Below are positions 35,381 to 49,300 of a stretch of DNA of 64,000 nucleotides, piece after piece. The DNA is taken from the NCBI GenBank assembly GCA_030704615.1, contig CM060733.1, positions 53,010,001 through 53,074,000 on the forward strand, given 5' to 3'. The notes under the pieces are model-generated. The model worked only from the letters and a program-made list of their open reading frames with translations. It was not told the DNA's origin and searched no databases. A program made the translations under genes and the position numbers. The stretch is from Takakia lepidozioides. Lineage: Eukaryota; Plantae; Bryophyta. Positions within the stretch are counted from its first letter, which is position 1, and each line of letters begins with the position of its first letter.

Positions 35381-37225
35381 GGGCTCCAAGGAATCTGTGT
35401 CGGGAGGTAGTAGCTTCTCTTGTGGACATTGCAGTCAGATGCAATGTGTAGCGACCGTGTCCATGTGATCACTTCAGAGAGCTCCGTGTCTGTGGGAGCG
35501 ACTCAGACTGTGAGGCCCATTACCAACATATCTCCATCTCCACCTCTCCTGCTTTGGTGGGATTTTGTCTACTACTGTAGTGGGACCTCTTCCAGAAGCC
35601 GTGGTCATGGTTGAGGTGCCTGATTTTATCAACTGTGCCGCTGCAGCTGTTGCCTTTAGTTGACCATCTACCCATGCAGGCTTCTTGTAGCCATCCTTCC
35701 ACAGGGAATCATAGCTAATCTTGTGCTTGAAATCTGGCCCTCTTGGATGAATCTGGACCCACACTCTATCCCTGCTCCTTCAGCTATCCAAGCCCCTGCA
35801 CAAATCATGCATACATCCTTGCCTTGATGCTAGCAGCTGACAATGACAGCCTAGATTTGTGCTAGGAAACACCCAACTCAGCTTATCACACTAGTTCCTT
35901 TGCTGAATTGCGTCTGTTACTCTCTGTAATCTAACAGGCATTCACCTTTTTGCCTCGGTTGTCCCACCATTGACTGGGGTCAGAAAAGTATTCATTCCAC
36001 AGCTTCTCCTCATCTCGGTTATCTGTTTTTGGATCTTTTCCTGCTGCCACATCGGCAGTAACTTGTCAAAGTCACTCCAAACCACCAGAGATCCACCCAA
36101 CGAGCTAACTTACAGAATTCGATATGCAAATTCAGGGCCGAGTCTGATGAGAGGGCAAAACAGGCTGAAATAGGTTGAAGAAGAAGGTGCCCTCACCACA
36201 TTGTCCTTGACCTTGTGTCATGAACCATGGAGGATTTGACCGACCATCAACCCAAAAGGACCTCTTGGTGCTGCTTGTGTCTGTAGTCAGGTAATGTCGG
36301 ATTGGGCTGTGAGAACGACCACGGTGCAGCTGAGCAGGCACAGATTGTAACACGGCCTGCTAAGACCAAGCTGACTCTCCCAAGAACCTTGTAAACATCA
36401 GGAAGAATACCAAATCATGGTACTAACAGGAGCCAAGAGCCCCCATTTGCAGGATGGACAAACTCCTTCACGTACATTAAGAAAAAGCCACACTTTGCGA
36501 TTGCGGTTGTCCCACCATCGTGAAGGATCTTTAAAAAACTCATGCCAGCTCTGCTCCGTCCTCCAAGGTAGAGGTTTCTGCTCGAAAATCCGACAGCATC
36601 AAAATTTTGACACGGTCCTTTACTGAGGGGTGCTAGTGAGCTTTCAGCAACATTCATGCAAGTTGTTTTGGGCTCCATTGGGCTCTACACGATGAGGAAC
36701 AACGACCACGCCTAGAGCAAGGAAGGGAGCTGTATGGCGTAAGCTCGTGAGCTCTGACTCTCTTGGCCTCGACGACAAACAAAACTCGGCACCAAACTCC
36801 TTTCACCCCCATTTTCATGGTCCTGGCAGTTTGGTCCCGTGTTTTTTTCTAGTCGTACCGCTTGATCCCGTGTTTTGAGTTTCATGCCGAGTTTTGGCCA
36901 AACTCGGGGTTCCCATGCCGAGGTTGGGACCCTTTACGGATAACTCTAATATATCTGGAGCAAATCCAGCACATGGATTAGAAAAATCATTTAGTGCTGA
37001 TATTAGATTGCAGGAGAAGAATGGTCAGTTCTGAGATTATGTATTAGGAAAAGTCTGGGAACGAGTATTTGATGTTGGAAACCACTGTATTAAATGCCCC
37101 CCAGATATACACGAGGGAGGTCAATCGTGCAGGGCGGGTTCTCTATCTAGGCAGGGACTGCTACTTCTAAAGAGTAGAGGTGCATTTTTCTTTGCATTTT
37201 CGGGGAGAGAGAGGAGGAGAGAGTG

Positions 37226-39511
37226 ATGGGTTGTGGTAAGGGCAAGTACATTGCGCCCCTTGCGGTCCTCCTGCTATGCTTTGTGCTCATGCCAGGTTCG
37301 CATCCCCGCTCCGCTTTCCTGTTCATTGTGCTTTCTCGGATTTTGTCTTGAATTGAATTGGTAATGTCATCCATGCTCTCCTTTTACTCCCTTCCCTCTT
37401 TTCTGCTCCCACTCCACCACGTCCCTCGTTTTGTGAAGTGTTGGATGATGGGATTGTCGTACTGCAGTGGATGCAAAGGTGGAGAAGGACGTGACCGAAC
37501 TCCAGATCGGGGTGAAGGTAGGCTACACCATGACCGTGTTTTCTGTTGAAGATTCATGTCTCTCTGGTGGTCTTGCGATTCATGATTGGGGCTAGAAAGT
37601 GGGCAGATTTCTGCATTCTGTGCTATACGTACTTCGGAGCACCGTTTTGCGCTTTTGCACCTTTCGTGAGGATGTAGAATAAGGACTTTTCGAGTTTCGA
37701 AAGATTGAGGGAATGTCAGAGCAATCGTAGATTGCTTCTGGATCTCATAATCGTTTGTTTTTTAAGCTTTTGAACGCAAAATGGATTATAGACTTAGATT
37801 TCATATGTTTTTGGCTGATTGAGTTCATATCTAGATGCCCCTCGTGCCCGACATGCACTTGCAACTATGTCTGCTCCGTGCTTTTGGGTGCAGCACTTCC
37901 AGATTCGTCCTTAGGGGTTCTCAGTATTGTCAAGGCTGGTGGCAGGTTGACTCTTCAAATGGGCAATGTGTACATCGATTTTCACCCTGTTGATCCCTGC
38001 CCCAGGTCTTCATGTAGAAACCTATCTAGGGTACACAAAATGTTAGGGGTGATTTGCCTGAAGGGCCGGGCCTTCATGCATGTGAGTTGTAATGTCAAAA
38101 TGGATCTGTAACAATACCCTGACGGTAATGATGAGATGGGTGAGTATGGAGTCTTCTGAGGATAAAGAATTTTAAATCTATTCATTCAATTGTGGACTAT
38201 GTGCAGTACAAGCCCAAAACATGTGAGCTACAAGCACATAAGGGAGACAAAGTGAAGGTGCACTATCGGGTAAGTTTTGTGCACACTATGTTAGTGCCAT
38301 TCTTGATTTCGCTGATACACCTATCTGCTAATGTTTTGTTCGGGAGTCTCTTGGGCCTCGTCTAGCAAGTGGTCACTGCATTCTACAATGAGTCAGCTAT
38401 TGTTCTGTTGGACTTTGTCTTCAGCATCCCTCTAGGCAGTTGGGATGCATATTCTCTGGCTGTTTCAAACACATCTACTAAAGCCTCCTGTTAGTTGACT
38501 CTTTTCAGTCTCCCACTTGCATTCTTCCTCTCTACTGCTGTTTCTCTCCTGTTCTTGCTTCATACTCAAGCACATCCTTGTCATGCATTGGGTTTCCTGA
38601 AAAATGCTCAAGTGATCTTTGTCATCAGTTGCACTGCACGTTGGTTTCTCAGCTGACTTGCCTCCTATCAGTGTGTGCTGACTGTATTGCTTATTTCTGC
38701 AATAGTTGCTCAGCTTGTGCTCGATTTTGTCGGTGTGTTTTGACTCTGAAGGCTGAGCCCAACACATGGGCCTACGTAGTCTGGACCCAGCTTTTGAAAA
38801 ACGAGATGGGTGTTCGCAGGGATCACTCATAGATGGGACTGTGTTTGACGCTAGCTACGATAGGGGTGAGCCTATTGATTTCCAGCTGGGATCCGGCCAA
38901 GTCATAAAAGGTTGGTAATTTCATCCTTGGTATTCTGTGGGGACTGATGGCACAAGAAGGAGACCAGTCAAAAGGGGCATTAGACAACATCAATCTCCTT
39001 CATGTCAAACATGTACCTGATGCTTTTTGCTAGTTCAGATTACCAAGGACTTCACGTTTTAGTGTGCCAAGTCATCTTGTTTGCAACTCGAAACCATCCA
39101 AAGGGATCTTAGTCCCTGATTATGGTGCTAAGAAATGTTGCGGTTGTTTAGGTTGGGACATGGGTATATTAGGGATGTGTGTTGGTGAAAAACGCAAGTT
39201 GAAAATCCCTTCAAAACTTGGTTATGGCACACAAGGATCTCCTCCTAAAATTCCAGGTACGGTCTCATTCTGGACTCTTTCTCCTCTTCTAATTACTGAA
39301 ACTAACCTCAATTTGTAAGCAAGCATACTGTTCTAGCAATTTTAGAATGATGCGAGGTAAGTATAATTTCTCTCAAGGTATCTTCCACCGAAAAGTGTTT
39401 TAAGAATACGGGATATATTGTGTTGCAGGTGGGGCAACTCTCATCTTTGACACGGAGCTTGTAGCTGTCAATGGGAAGACAGGCGGCAGTGATGGCAATG
39501 GTGAACTCTAG
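37226..39511 (+). CDS. FKBP15: ER-lumenal FKBP-type peptidyl-prolyl isomerase, 6 exons
   Basis: Exons 37226-37295, 37468-37517, 38207-38269, 38820-38910, 39152-39256 and 39429-39511, all GT-AG and phase-compatible. Signal peptide, [31 protein letters not shown]-terminal NGEL. Confidence 0.93.
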
Positions 39512-40686
39512 AGTGACATTCACTCTCTTCAATTGTTTTTGCTCCTGGGCCAGTGGTTATTGCAAGGCAGAATCATAGGCCAATCTTCCAGGATTTCTGA
39601 GTACATCAGACTTTTTCACAAGTTGAACTACTATTTGTGATGCACTGCATTTCATCCCCACAATATGTCTCGTCTTGCATACTCTGAGTGTGCAAAGTTT
39701 TCAGGCGTATTCCCTTAGAAATCTGGTATCATGGCTGAAGGGTGCCTGTTGTGTGAAGAGAATTGAGGAGGGGTCTCTGAGATCTGGCAGAGACAAGAGA
39801 GTAAGGAAAAGATGAAACTTTAAAAAGTTATCCTTGTAGACTCTAGGGATGGGGAAGAAGAGAATCCGAGGAAAATCCTCAAAAAGATAGGGGACTAAGA
39901 ACCTACGTGTAGATGAGTCACCATAATTAATGCCTCATGCAGATAGCCTCCCACACACATTCTTATTCTATATAGCAGACCAGCAGTCCCAGTCTATTTT
40001 CTCACAATTTTAACTCCCTAAGTCGAGATTGCTGACCCTTGAAGGACCCAAAACCCTAGTAAGGGAAAGAGAGATGCACTGAGAAGTAAGAGAGAATGGG
40101 TTTGGCTCGATAATCCTAAAGGGCCACTTTCCCTGTACATAAGCTGTATAGTGACACTTTGTACATAACCCCACTTTTCATAAAGCCTTCTGCAGTATAA
40201 AAAGTACTTGCTGTGTCATCACTGGAAGTCTTCATGTATGACAGGAGGTTGTGTAACCTCAGGGAGGATTTGTTTGTGTGACCTCAGGGAGGATTGGTCT
40301 TCAAGGGCAAAAGCTGAAAAGCAAAAACAAGGCACATCAAAAACCCAGGTGCTGTCGGTGCTGGAAGGCATTCCCAGCTGCGCATGTAGACGACAACGTC
40401 ACGCCTGACTCATTCTAAAAAACTATTCACATTCCAAACCGCTAAGCTCCCAGTGAACTTATAATCCTCATATCAGGGATCAGGCAGGAGCGGTGGGCTC
40501 GCCCAACAAGCTCTGCCAGGACCTTACCCGAAAAGGACAGGGTTCGGCCATTCCATGGTGCTCTGAAGATTTTCTCATTGCAGCCCTGCATCGCTCCAGT
40601 AGACTCTGGTTTCATGGTTTTGTTTCAATTTGCAAGGCTTACATTACCGTTAGCGAGGTGTGCTTCTGCGTTAGACGGCTGCAGTC

Positions 40687-40823
40687 AGACGTCAAGCGCT
40701 CTCTCTCAGATGCTGCGGCCAACCGGATCCGGGAACTTCTAGATGCGAGGCAGAAAGAATTTCTGCGCTTGGGCGTCAAAGTTCGTGGTTGCAATGGCCT
40801 CACCTACACTCTGAACTACGCTG
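40687..40823 (+). pseudogene. Isolated exon of IscA/ISA1-type Fe-S cluster assembly protein
   Basis: LSDAAANRIRELL..LRLGVKVRGCNGLTYTLNYA followed by a GT donor. Frameshift near its 5' end; downstream exons (CGCG motif) not found. Confidence 0.85.
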
Positions 40824-41104
40824 GTATCACCCTATATTGCCCTTTCTCTATAACTATACTCCTCTCGTGCAAGATCCTTGACGTAGAGCTTAAACAGTGA
40901 TGTCACTCGGTACACGGCCAACTAATCTGGTGAAAGGAGTGAGAGGGAGTTCAATTTCTCTAGGTAGTCTGCCATGAGAACAAAGAGAGAGGAAATTGGG
41001 AGGGAGCTAACTCACAATTTACCAGATCCATGTCGTATCATTGCACCATAATACAACATGCTGTCATGACATGAATGATGAATCGGGGATGCCCGATGAA
41101 TCCC

Positions 41105-43280
41105 CGCTCCACTTCCCTGTTCCTTGTGCGTACTTGGACTTTTTGTCTTGGATTGATTTTAGTAATGTCATCCAAGCTCTCCTATTTACTCCCTTTCCTC
41201 TTTTCTGCTCCCACTCCACCATTTCAGATGTGGGTTCCTCGTTTTGTGGAGTGGTGGATGATGGGATTGTCGCACTGCAGTGGAATGGAAAGGTGGAGAA
41301 GGACGTGACCGAACTACAGATCGGGGTGAAGGTAGGCTGCACCATGACTATGTTTTGAATCCGATTCCTTTCTCTTATTCTCTGGGTTGGTCTTGTGATT
41401 CATGGTTAGGGCTATGAAGTGGGCAGATCCTTGTCATACGTACTTAGAAGCACCGTTCTTGTGCACAAGAAATTTCACAAGAGATTCTTTCATACTCACC
41501 CATCTCTTCATTAAAGTCATAGTATTGTCGCAAAACTTGAAGTTTGACGTTTCTTGTGCACAAGAATAATGCTTGTAATGCACATAGCCCACAATAAGAA
41601 CAGAAGAATTTTATGTTCTTGCGCTGTTCTTGTTCTTTGAATTGTGAGCTATGTGCAGTACAAGTCCAAACCATGTGAGCTACAAGCACGTAAGGGACAC
41701 AAAGTGAAGGTGCGCTATCGGTTAAGTTTTGTGCACACTGTGTTACTTTCATTCTTGGTTTTGCTTGGTAATATTTGTTGATGTTTTGTTCGGGGTTCCT
41801 CATTGGTAGTTCTATCAGACTTTGTCTTCAGTTTCTCTCTGCAGGTGGGATGCAAATTCTCTGGCTATTTCAAACACCTCTCCTGTTTTTGTTTCGTACT
41901 CAAGCACATCCTTGTCACACTTCTGGGCTCCCTGGAAAATGCTCAAGTGATCTTTGTCATCAGTTGCACTGCACAGCCCAGCAAGACTTGCCTCTTAGCA
42001 GTACTGAATCGCTTATTTCTGCAATTATTGCTCAGGTTTGGCCTTGACTTTGCTTGTGTTTTGACTCTGAAGGCTGAACTCACCACATGGACCTACATAC
42101 TTGGACCCAGCTTTTGAAAATAAGATGAGTGTTGGCAGGTGTCACTCTAGATGGGACTGTGTTTGACATTATCTATGATAGGGGTGAACCTATTGATTTC
42201 CAGCTGAGATCCAGCCAAGTCAGAAAAGGTTTGTAAGCATATCCTTGGTATTCTGTGGGGGCAAGGTTTACCAACTCATGGCACAAGAGGGAGACCAGTC
42301 AAAAGGGCATTAGACAACATCAATCTCCTTCATGTCAAACATGCACCTGATGCTTTTTGCAGTCTCTGATTGTGGTGCGCAATTGAAAATCCTGTCCAAA
42401 CGTGGCTATGGCACACAAGGATCTCCTCTTAAACGTCCAGGTATGGTCTTCTGGACTTTTTCTCCTCTTCTAATTACCAGAGACTAACCTGAATTTGTAT
42501 TGCAAGCATGGTTTTGTAGCAATTTTAGAATGATGCGAGGTAAGTATATTTTCTCATGTCTACCACTGAAAAATGTTTCGAGTATACATGATATACTGCA
42601 TTGCAGGTGGGCAAGTCTCATCTTTGACACGGAGCTTATAGCTGTCAAGGGCGGCAGTAATGGCAATAGCGAACTCGAGAGTGACATTCACTGTCTTCAT
42701 TGTTGTTTTTACTCCTGGGCCAGTAGTTATTACAAGCTTTTGAGATTTCTGAGTACATCAGACTTTTTGTGCAAGTTCAACTAGTTGTGATGCACTGCAT
42801 CTCATCCCTCCACAATGTCTCTTGCATACTCTATTGAGTGTGCAAACTTTTCTGCCCTATTGCCTTAGAAATCAGAATTGTGAGGTGTGTTGAAGACTAG
42901 TTGAGTTGCCTAAGAGAGCTCTGTTGGAATGTAAGTTTATCTGGGTAGCATGGCTGAGGAGTGCCTTTTGCGCAAGAGAATTGAGGAGGGCTCTCTAAGA
43001 TCTGGCAGGCAAGAGGTCCTTGTGGAACTTCCCCAATGCACAGGCTTCTTAACTCCCAGTATCCAGCGACTCCATATTGCTCTTCATCCCAACGTCGACC
43101 ATGAATAGAACTATTAATGCAAGGAAAAGATGAAGTTACAAAGAATTATCGCTGTACACTAAACGGGATGGGAAAGAGAGAGACATAGAGAAGAAGAGGT
43201 ACTGGGCTGCAAGAAACTAAGGAGTGGACTAATCACCAAAATTGAGTGCCTCACGCAGACAGCCTGCTACACATTCTTTG
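41105..43280 (+). pseudogene. Tandem duplicate of FKBP15 (intron 1 to 3' flank), decayed
   Basis: Exon copies at ~41281, 41659, 42140, 42380 and 42609 with introns and 3' flank similar to 37310-39960. Exon 1 absent, exon 5 partly deleted, stop codon lost. Confidence 0.92.
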
Positions 43281-43607
43281 TATATACCACAAACGAGTGT
43301 CGTCCTTTTTAAGTCCATCGATTTCAGCCCCTCTTTCTCGCTCTGAAGGCTACGGCAAACCACGTCTTACGAGTACATCCTGGATACTACCCGCGGACCC
43401 TGGATACTACCCGACCCTGGATAGGTGTTAGTCAGTCACCTCTATAAAGTGGTAACCCTCTCTGTTTGTTAGATTTTACCTAGGGCTCACTAAACCTCTA
43501 GCTTGCAGGTGCTGTGCCGATGAGTGATACTCTTCGATTCCGCCTTTCCTCTGTCTCTTGATGCTTGCGCCTGGTTTCCTCCTTTCGATTTGATAACGGG
43601 GAAAATT

Positions 43608-44417
43608 ATGCGTTCCCTATCTGCCTCCACGATGTCTTTTAGAATGGAGGGGATAATGCCTGTGAGAAGCAGCTTTGAGGCCTATCGACGTCCCCAATTG
43701 TGCTGTTTGCAATCCAGCGCGTGCATTTCTTGTATCTCAAAGGGAATCCTACCAGCTTCTCTTATGGCTTCTTCTCCACAATTTTTGTCTCTGGGACTAT
43801 TGACCAGTAAGCTTCCCAGTAGAAGGCATACGACTACTTGCAGGGTTAGTCCCCTGCAGGCCATGGTGGAGGCCCCACATCCGAACCCTAGAGTGGCTTC
43901 GACTGGTGATGGATTCATTACTGCCGCTGCAGCAGTTCTCTCGAGAACCATGGTGACGGTAGCCATCGTCTGTGAAGCACTGGTGCGAGCTGCAGGGATC
44001 TTGGGAGAAACCCTAACTACCACAAGACTCCCAGGAAATTCGAAAACGAAAGAAGAGATGGAACTTGTTGCCGTCTTAAAGGGGAGACTCATGTGTGCAG
44101 CGGCCCCTCTCTTTTTTGCAGCTGTAAGTCAAACAGGGGCTGTGAATACACCTCTTACTGTGGTGGCCAGTGGCATGGCCAAGTGGTTGGAGCTTTACAG
44201 TGGAGTTCTCATGGTGCGCGTGCTTCTAAGTTGGTTTCCAAACATACCATGGGAGCGGCAGCCACTTCAAGCCATTCGTGATATGTGTGACCCATACTTG
44301 AACCTCTTTAGGAACATTGTCCCCCCCCTTTTCAACGCCCTTGATCTTAGTCCGATGCTAGCCTTCATGGTTCTGGGGGTGTTGACTTCAATTTTGAATA
44401 CCACTGTGCAAGGATAA
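43608..44417 (+). CDS. YLMG1: YGGT/YlmG-family chloroplast protein, intronless
   Basis: NTPLTVVASGMAKWLELYSGVLMVRVLLSWFPNIPWERQPL.AIRD.CDPYLNLFR; Ser/Arg-rich transit-like N-terminus. First ATG at 43608; start tentative. Confidence 0.9.
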   Translation: MRSLSASTMSFRMEGIMPVRSSFEAYRRPQLCCLQSSACISCISKGILPASLMASSPQFLSLGLLTSKLPSRRHTTTCRVSPLQAMVEAPHPNPRVASTGDGFITAAAAVLSRTMVTVAIVCEALVRAAGILGETLTTTRLPGNSKTKEEMELVAVLKGRLMCAAAPLFFAAVSQTGAVNTPLTVVASGMAKWLELYSGVLMVRVLLSWFPNIPWERQPLQAIRDMCDPYLNLFRNIVPPLFNALDLSPMLAFMVLGVLTSILNTTVQG

Positions 44418-46387
44418 GCGAGTCTCTGATACTCAAGGGCTTACAAGGAATTCGGGTTTGCCTTCTGCGGTGGTCAGTGACCAGTCTCAGCATGATGAAA
44501 GTTGTCATCGAATTTTCATAGAGTCCTATTTGGCGTTTTAGGTGTAATGTGACATGTGTAGGAAATTCAGTCATAGAACAGATTTGATAGAATAGGTAGA
44601 CAATGGAAGCAAACATCCATTGACTGAACATACCATACTGGTATGATATGGAATTCTTTGGAAGATTATGTTTTTCATGCGTACTCGGTGAATGGATCGT
44701 TAACCAGTGCTGTCTGTAATGCGTAGGTCGGAAATAGTTTATTTTCTGTGGCTCAGAATTGTTTAGAGTGCATCTGACTGCTGACTTAACAGTTACCCTG
44801 TCAGCAGTCTGTAGGACAAATGGAAGGAATATGAAAAAAAAACTGCCTTTGCTGTCTTTTTCCTTTTTAGCTGATGTGCAAGCTTTCTAGCTAGAAGAAT
44901 GCACTTTGTTCAGGTACTGGATGTGTGTGCAGAATGAAGCACTTTGTTTGAGTGGCGGTACTCGAAGATCATGTTGTCTGGGAGGTAGGATTTCTATTTG
45001 AGCTCTTTGAGTCTCTTTGGTTTTGCCGCCAGAATGTCCAGGAGACTGCTCCAGAAGTGGACAATGTAGGATATGGTTTTAGGAGCAGCAGGGTGTTTTC
45101 CTTGTAAGGAACAGACTGATCCAGTGTAGACTACCATTACAAATATTTTTTTTAAACTTTTGCAAGATTTAAAAGTGAAGACATGCAAGCCATCAGCTCA
45201 CATCATTTGCAGTGTGGGAGGTAAATTTGATGCATTCTCTGTATTGAGGTTTTCTGCCTACAACTTCAATGCAAAGCATGGAAATGAAGTAAGGGAGAAC
45301 ATGCATAGTCAGCAGCAGGTAATAGTGAGATAATAGTGTGACTTGATCACCCCTTCACCATTTTTGCACCAAGATTAAGTCTTCAGCCATATAGTTCCCT
45401 TCTTCAGAGTTATAACCATTCATAGTTTCTTGCTTAGGTGGTTGGTTTGCTTAATACCAAAGGAATTCAGTTGTGGTGAGGCTACAACTCACCTTCATTA
45501 TCTCGTCTTTTTACCTTACCAAATCCCATTCATGTTTGGATCTTTGAATATTTGTATCAATGTCTTTTGGTTGGGTGTGAGTGGGGTAGCCTGGTTTGGG
45601 TGCATGGACTTGTTCATTTTTCTCAAATTTACTGCATCAGTCGTTCATCAATCACTCCTACCGTTGAGTGTGACCACATGGCTTTGAGCTTGGGCACTCT
45701 CAAGAGTTATTTCCCAAGCCTCCATCACTGACATTGAGTTCCAATACAACGAGTAATGAGGCCAATTGGGGGGGGGGGATGCGTGTCAAAGGGAGCAAGC
45801 TAAAGAGAGAGGGTGACAGATAGACCTCCCCATTCTGCCTGATAGATGTATGTTTAAGTTTCACAGGCTTTGTGCTCACAATTCGTGGTGGGATTGGTGG
45901 AAGCAGAAAGCCGGGTCGGTTCTTTAATACCCAGGTTGATAACCGGGCCAGACCCTATGTACCAGTCCACCTGTTGCAGAGGGAGAACTTGCCTAGTAAG
46001 CCACATGCCTCTTTATGTCATTCTTCATCATTCAAGTACTCATTTAGCTCCAGGATTTTTTATGACAGGATGTTGTCTAATATCCATGTCCCCTTTGCAA
46101 TGGCAATGTCGGTACACAGGTGGATCATAATGCTCATGACTACACTACCTCAGGCAGGATTTCACATTCAAGGGAAGGCTATTGCAAAGAATTGCAAAGG
46201 TTCATCTGCAAAAACACGTCACAACCAAAATCCGGCTGCTGTACTTCAAGACTGCCTTATTTGACTCATTGCCAGATTCACAAGCTCACTGTAAAAATAC
46301 TCAGCTTCCACATGATACAATACACACCGTGATTCCAGCATTTTAGTGCATGTGAATGCTAGAACCAAACTTCAGCACCAACTCATA

Positions 46388-49300
46388 TCACCAGTCATCA
46401 TTGCCAACATCAAAACCCCCAAAGTCGTCACCTAAAGCTTCAGTAGGTGGCTCCAAGTCATTTTGTTCTGACCTCTCTTCCTCATCCGACCAACCAAAGA
46501 AGGAGCCCATATCAAGAGGAGGGCCATTGTTTCCAGAAGGGGGTTCTGCTGCCTCTCCATTTACACTTGCACCCTCCCCAGCTCTCTCAACATCACCTTC
46601 ACCACCTGGAAATAGGAAAAGATCCATGTCAAATACATGTATACAGCTAAGTGAGCCAAATCAATGCAACTGCACAAATCTTCACGTCAACTCATGTCAG
46701 GACAACAATTCAGGCAAGGACAGAATCACAAGGCAGTGACTTTCATATTCAACTATTGTTGACACCAACACCAACCTCTTCATCTAAAAACAGGCAAAAC
46801 ATTGGCATACATGCTTGAAAGTTCTGGACTGCAGCAGATTATTGTAGAGATAACCAAGGACTGATGACAAGATGCAGATTCCATCTTCAAAATTTCTAAG
46901 GTGGACTCTATCAACATCCCAGGTTTAACAACCCAGTATGGACTAAAGACAATAGAAAGACAATCACTTGACAGCCAAGTGGTGAATCTCCCCAAAGGAC
47001 TTGATTACCTGGACTTGCAGTGTATACCGGTGGAGCTTCGCTAGTGACAGTGTCAGCATGGTCATGGCCAGATGCCATCATATCAGACCCAAAGAAAGGA
47101 AGTGGCATGCCCCATCTGCAAAACCTCCAGACCCTTTGTGATCGATACTAAGCTCAAGGTCGGACTTCGATAGCATCAATAGGTAGTGCATTTGTTTGCC
47201 TTAGAGAATGTACTCATAGTTTTACGTTGTTAGCCGTAGCCTTGTCGCCATTGACCCCGTGCCCAGTTTGAGCGGAACACAAAGGGACAGAAACTACATT
47301 TTTCAGGGGCTGACGCCAATAGTATGACATACCTTGGAACAGACAATATATCCGAGTTTTCCAGATATCCTCTAGAAATCCCTTCACACAAGCATCAATC
47401 TGCTGTGTGTGATTTGCCCAATAACTAGACCCCAAAAGGGCCTGGGCTTTTGGCTCAGCCTCGAGGTTTTCAAAGTTGGCAAACAGAGGTACACGAACAA
47501 ACCCCTTGATGAAATTGAAGAGGGTGCCTCTCTGGTGAGAGTACCCAGGACAATGAATCAGAAAGTGCTGTGTGTGATTTGCCCAATAACTAGACCCCAA
47601 AAGGGCCTGGGCTTGTGGCTCAGCCTCGAGGTTTTCAAAGTTGGCAAACAGGGGTACACGAACAAACCCCTTGATGAAATTGAAGAGGGTGCCTCTCTGG
47701 TGAGAGTACCCAGGACAATGAATCAGAAAGTGGATATTGTCTTCAGGTTGCCCCCATGACGGGAATTTGCAATCCCCTTTCCCTGCGTCTGTTTGCTATT
47801 CAATGGTAGGCTTCCCGCCCTGAATTTAAGTTTCAGTCTAGTGCCGAGAGTGGGTAAACCCTTGAGGACATCCATGATGGCCTCACCCACGTCAGAGACT
47901 GGAAGAGACTGGAGAGATAATGTATAAGACGTTGTTTGCCATAGCCTTGTTGCCCTTGACCCCACGCGCAGTTTCAGCAGAACACAAAGGGACAAAAACT
48001 ACCTTTGTCGGGGGATGACGCCGGTAGTATGACTTACCTTGAAACCAACAATTGATCCTAGTTTTCCAGATATCCTCTAGAAATCCCTTCACACAAACAT
48101 CAATCTGCTGTGTGTGATTTTCCAAATAACTAGAACCCAAAAGGGCCCAGGCTTTTGGCTCAGCCTCGAGATTATGGAAGTTGGTAAACAGAGGTACAGG
48201 AACAATTCCCTTGATGGATTTGAATAGGGTGTCTCTCTGGTGATAGTACCTAGCACAATGAATCAGATAGTGAATATTGTCTTCAGGTTGCCCACACAAC
48301 GGGCATTTGCAATCCCCTTCCTCTCTGCGTATGTTTGCTGTTCAAGGTAGGCTTCCCGCCCAGAGTTTAAATTTCAGTCTAATGCCGAGAGTGGGTAGAC
48401 CCTTGAGGTCATCCATGATGGCCTCACTCATGTCACCGACTGTAAACAAGTTTTTCGGGGAAGTTTTCTGCCTAATTTCATTTTTGTCAGACAATTTCCT
48501 GGCAACAGACATGGCTTTGGACCCCACAGCCTCTAGGTCAGATTTATCCAGCAGGGTCAAGACTTGCGGACTCAGAATCAGATCACCCTCTTCTGCCAGG
48601 ACAGACCCTTTTGGGGCCTAGTTATTGGGCAAACCACACACAGCAGGTTGATGCTTGTGTAGTGGCTCAGCCTCGAGACTTTCAAAGTTGGTAAACAGAG
48701 GTACAGGCGCAATTCCCTTGATAGATTTGAAGAGAGAGAGAGAGAGAGAAATGATATGAAAATAAATTGGTACTTTATATCGTAGGTGAAACCTCAAAGA
48801 GCTTATGGCACAAAAGGGAAAAGCAAGAAAGAAGAGACAAAACCACAGACGAGAGAGAGAGAGGAAAAGGGGAACTTACCCGGGGTGGCTATGTCTAGAG
48901 AAATAGTCATTGTCAAGTGACACAGCCAAGGCTAAGACAACAGCTCTCTCTGTCAATGTCAAAGGTCGAGTCACTTGCAACTCTTCTGCCTGGCCACCAG
49001 TTAAACCACAATATGTCAAACCAACTGCCAAATAGAATGGGTGCATGACTCGCCCATTGAAAACCAATGAGGTAAAAATAATTTTCAAACTCTAGTGACA
49101 GGAAAATCCAGCACTGGTTCATCCATGCAGATTAGAAATTTGTCTGAGTACTTGCAAGCAGGGCTCAGCATGGTCGCAAGGCAATTTTTGAAAACACCTC
49201 TTTAGCAGCCATCTGCAACTGCTGCATCTCCTGCATGCCCGAGTGCCCTTGAGTTGTGGACAGCAGGGGCTTGCGGTTGGGCATTGCCCCCTCTGCAAAC

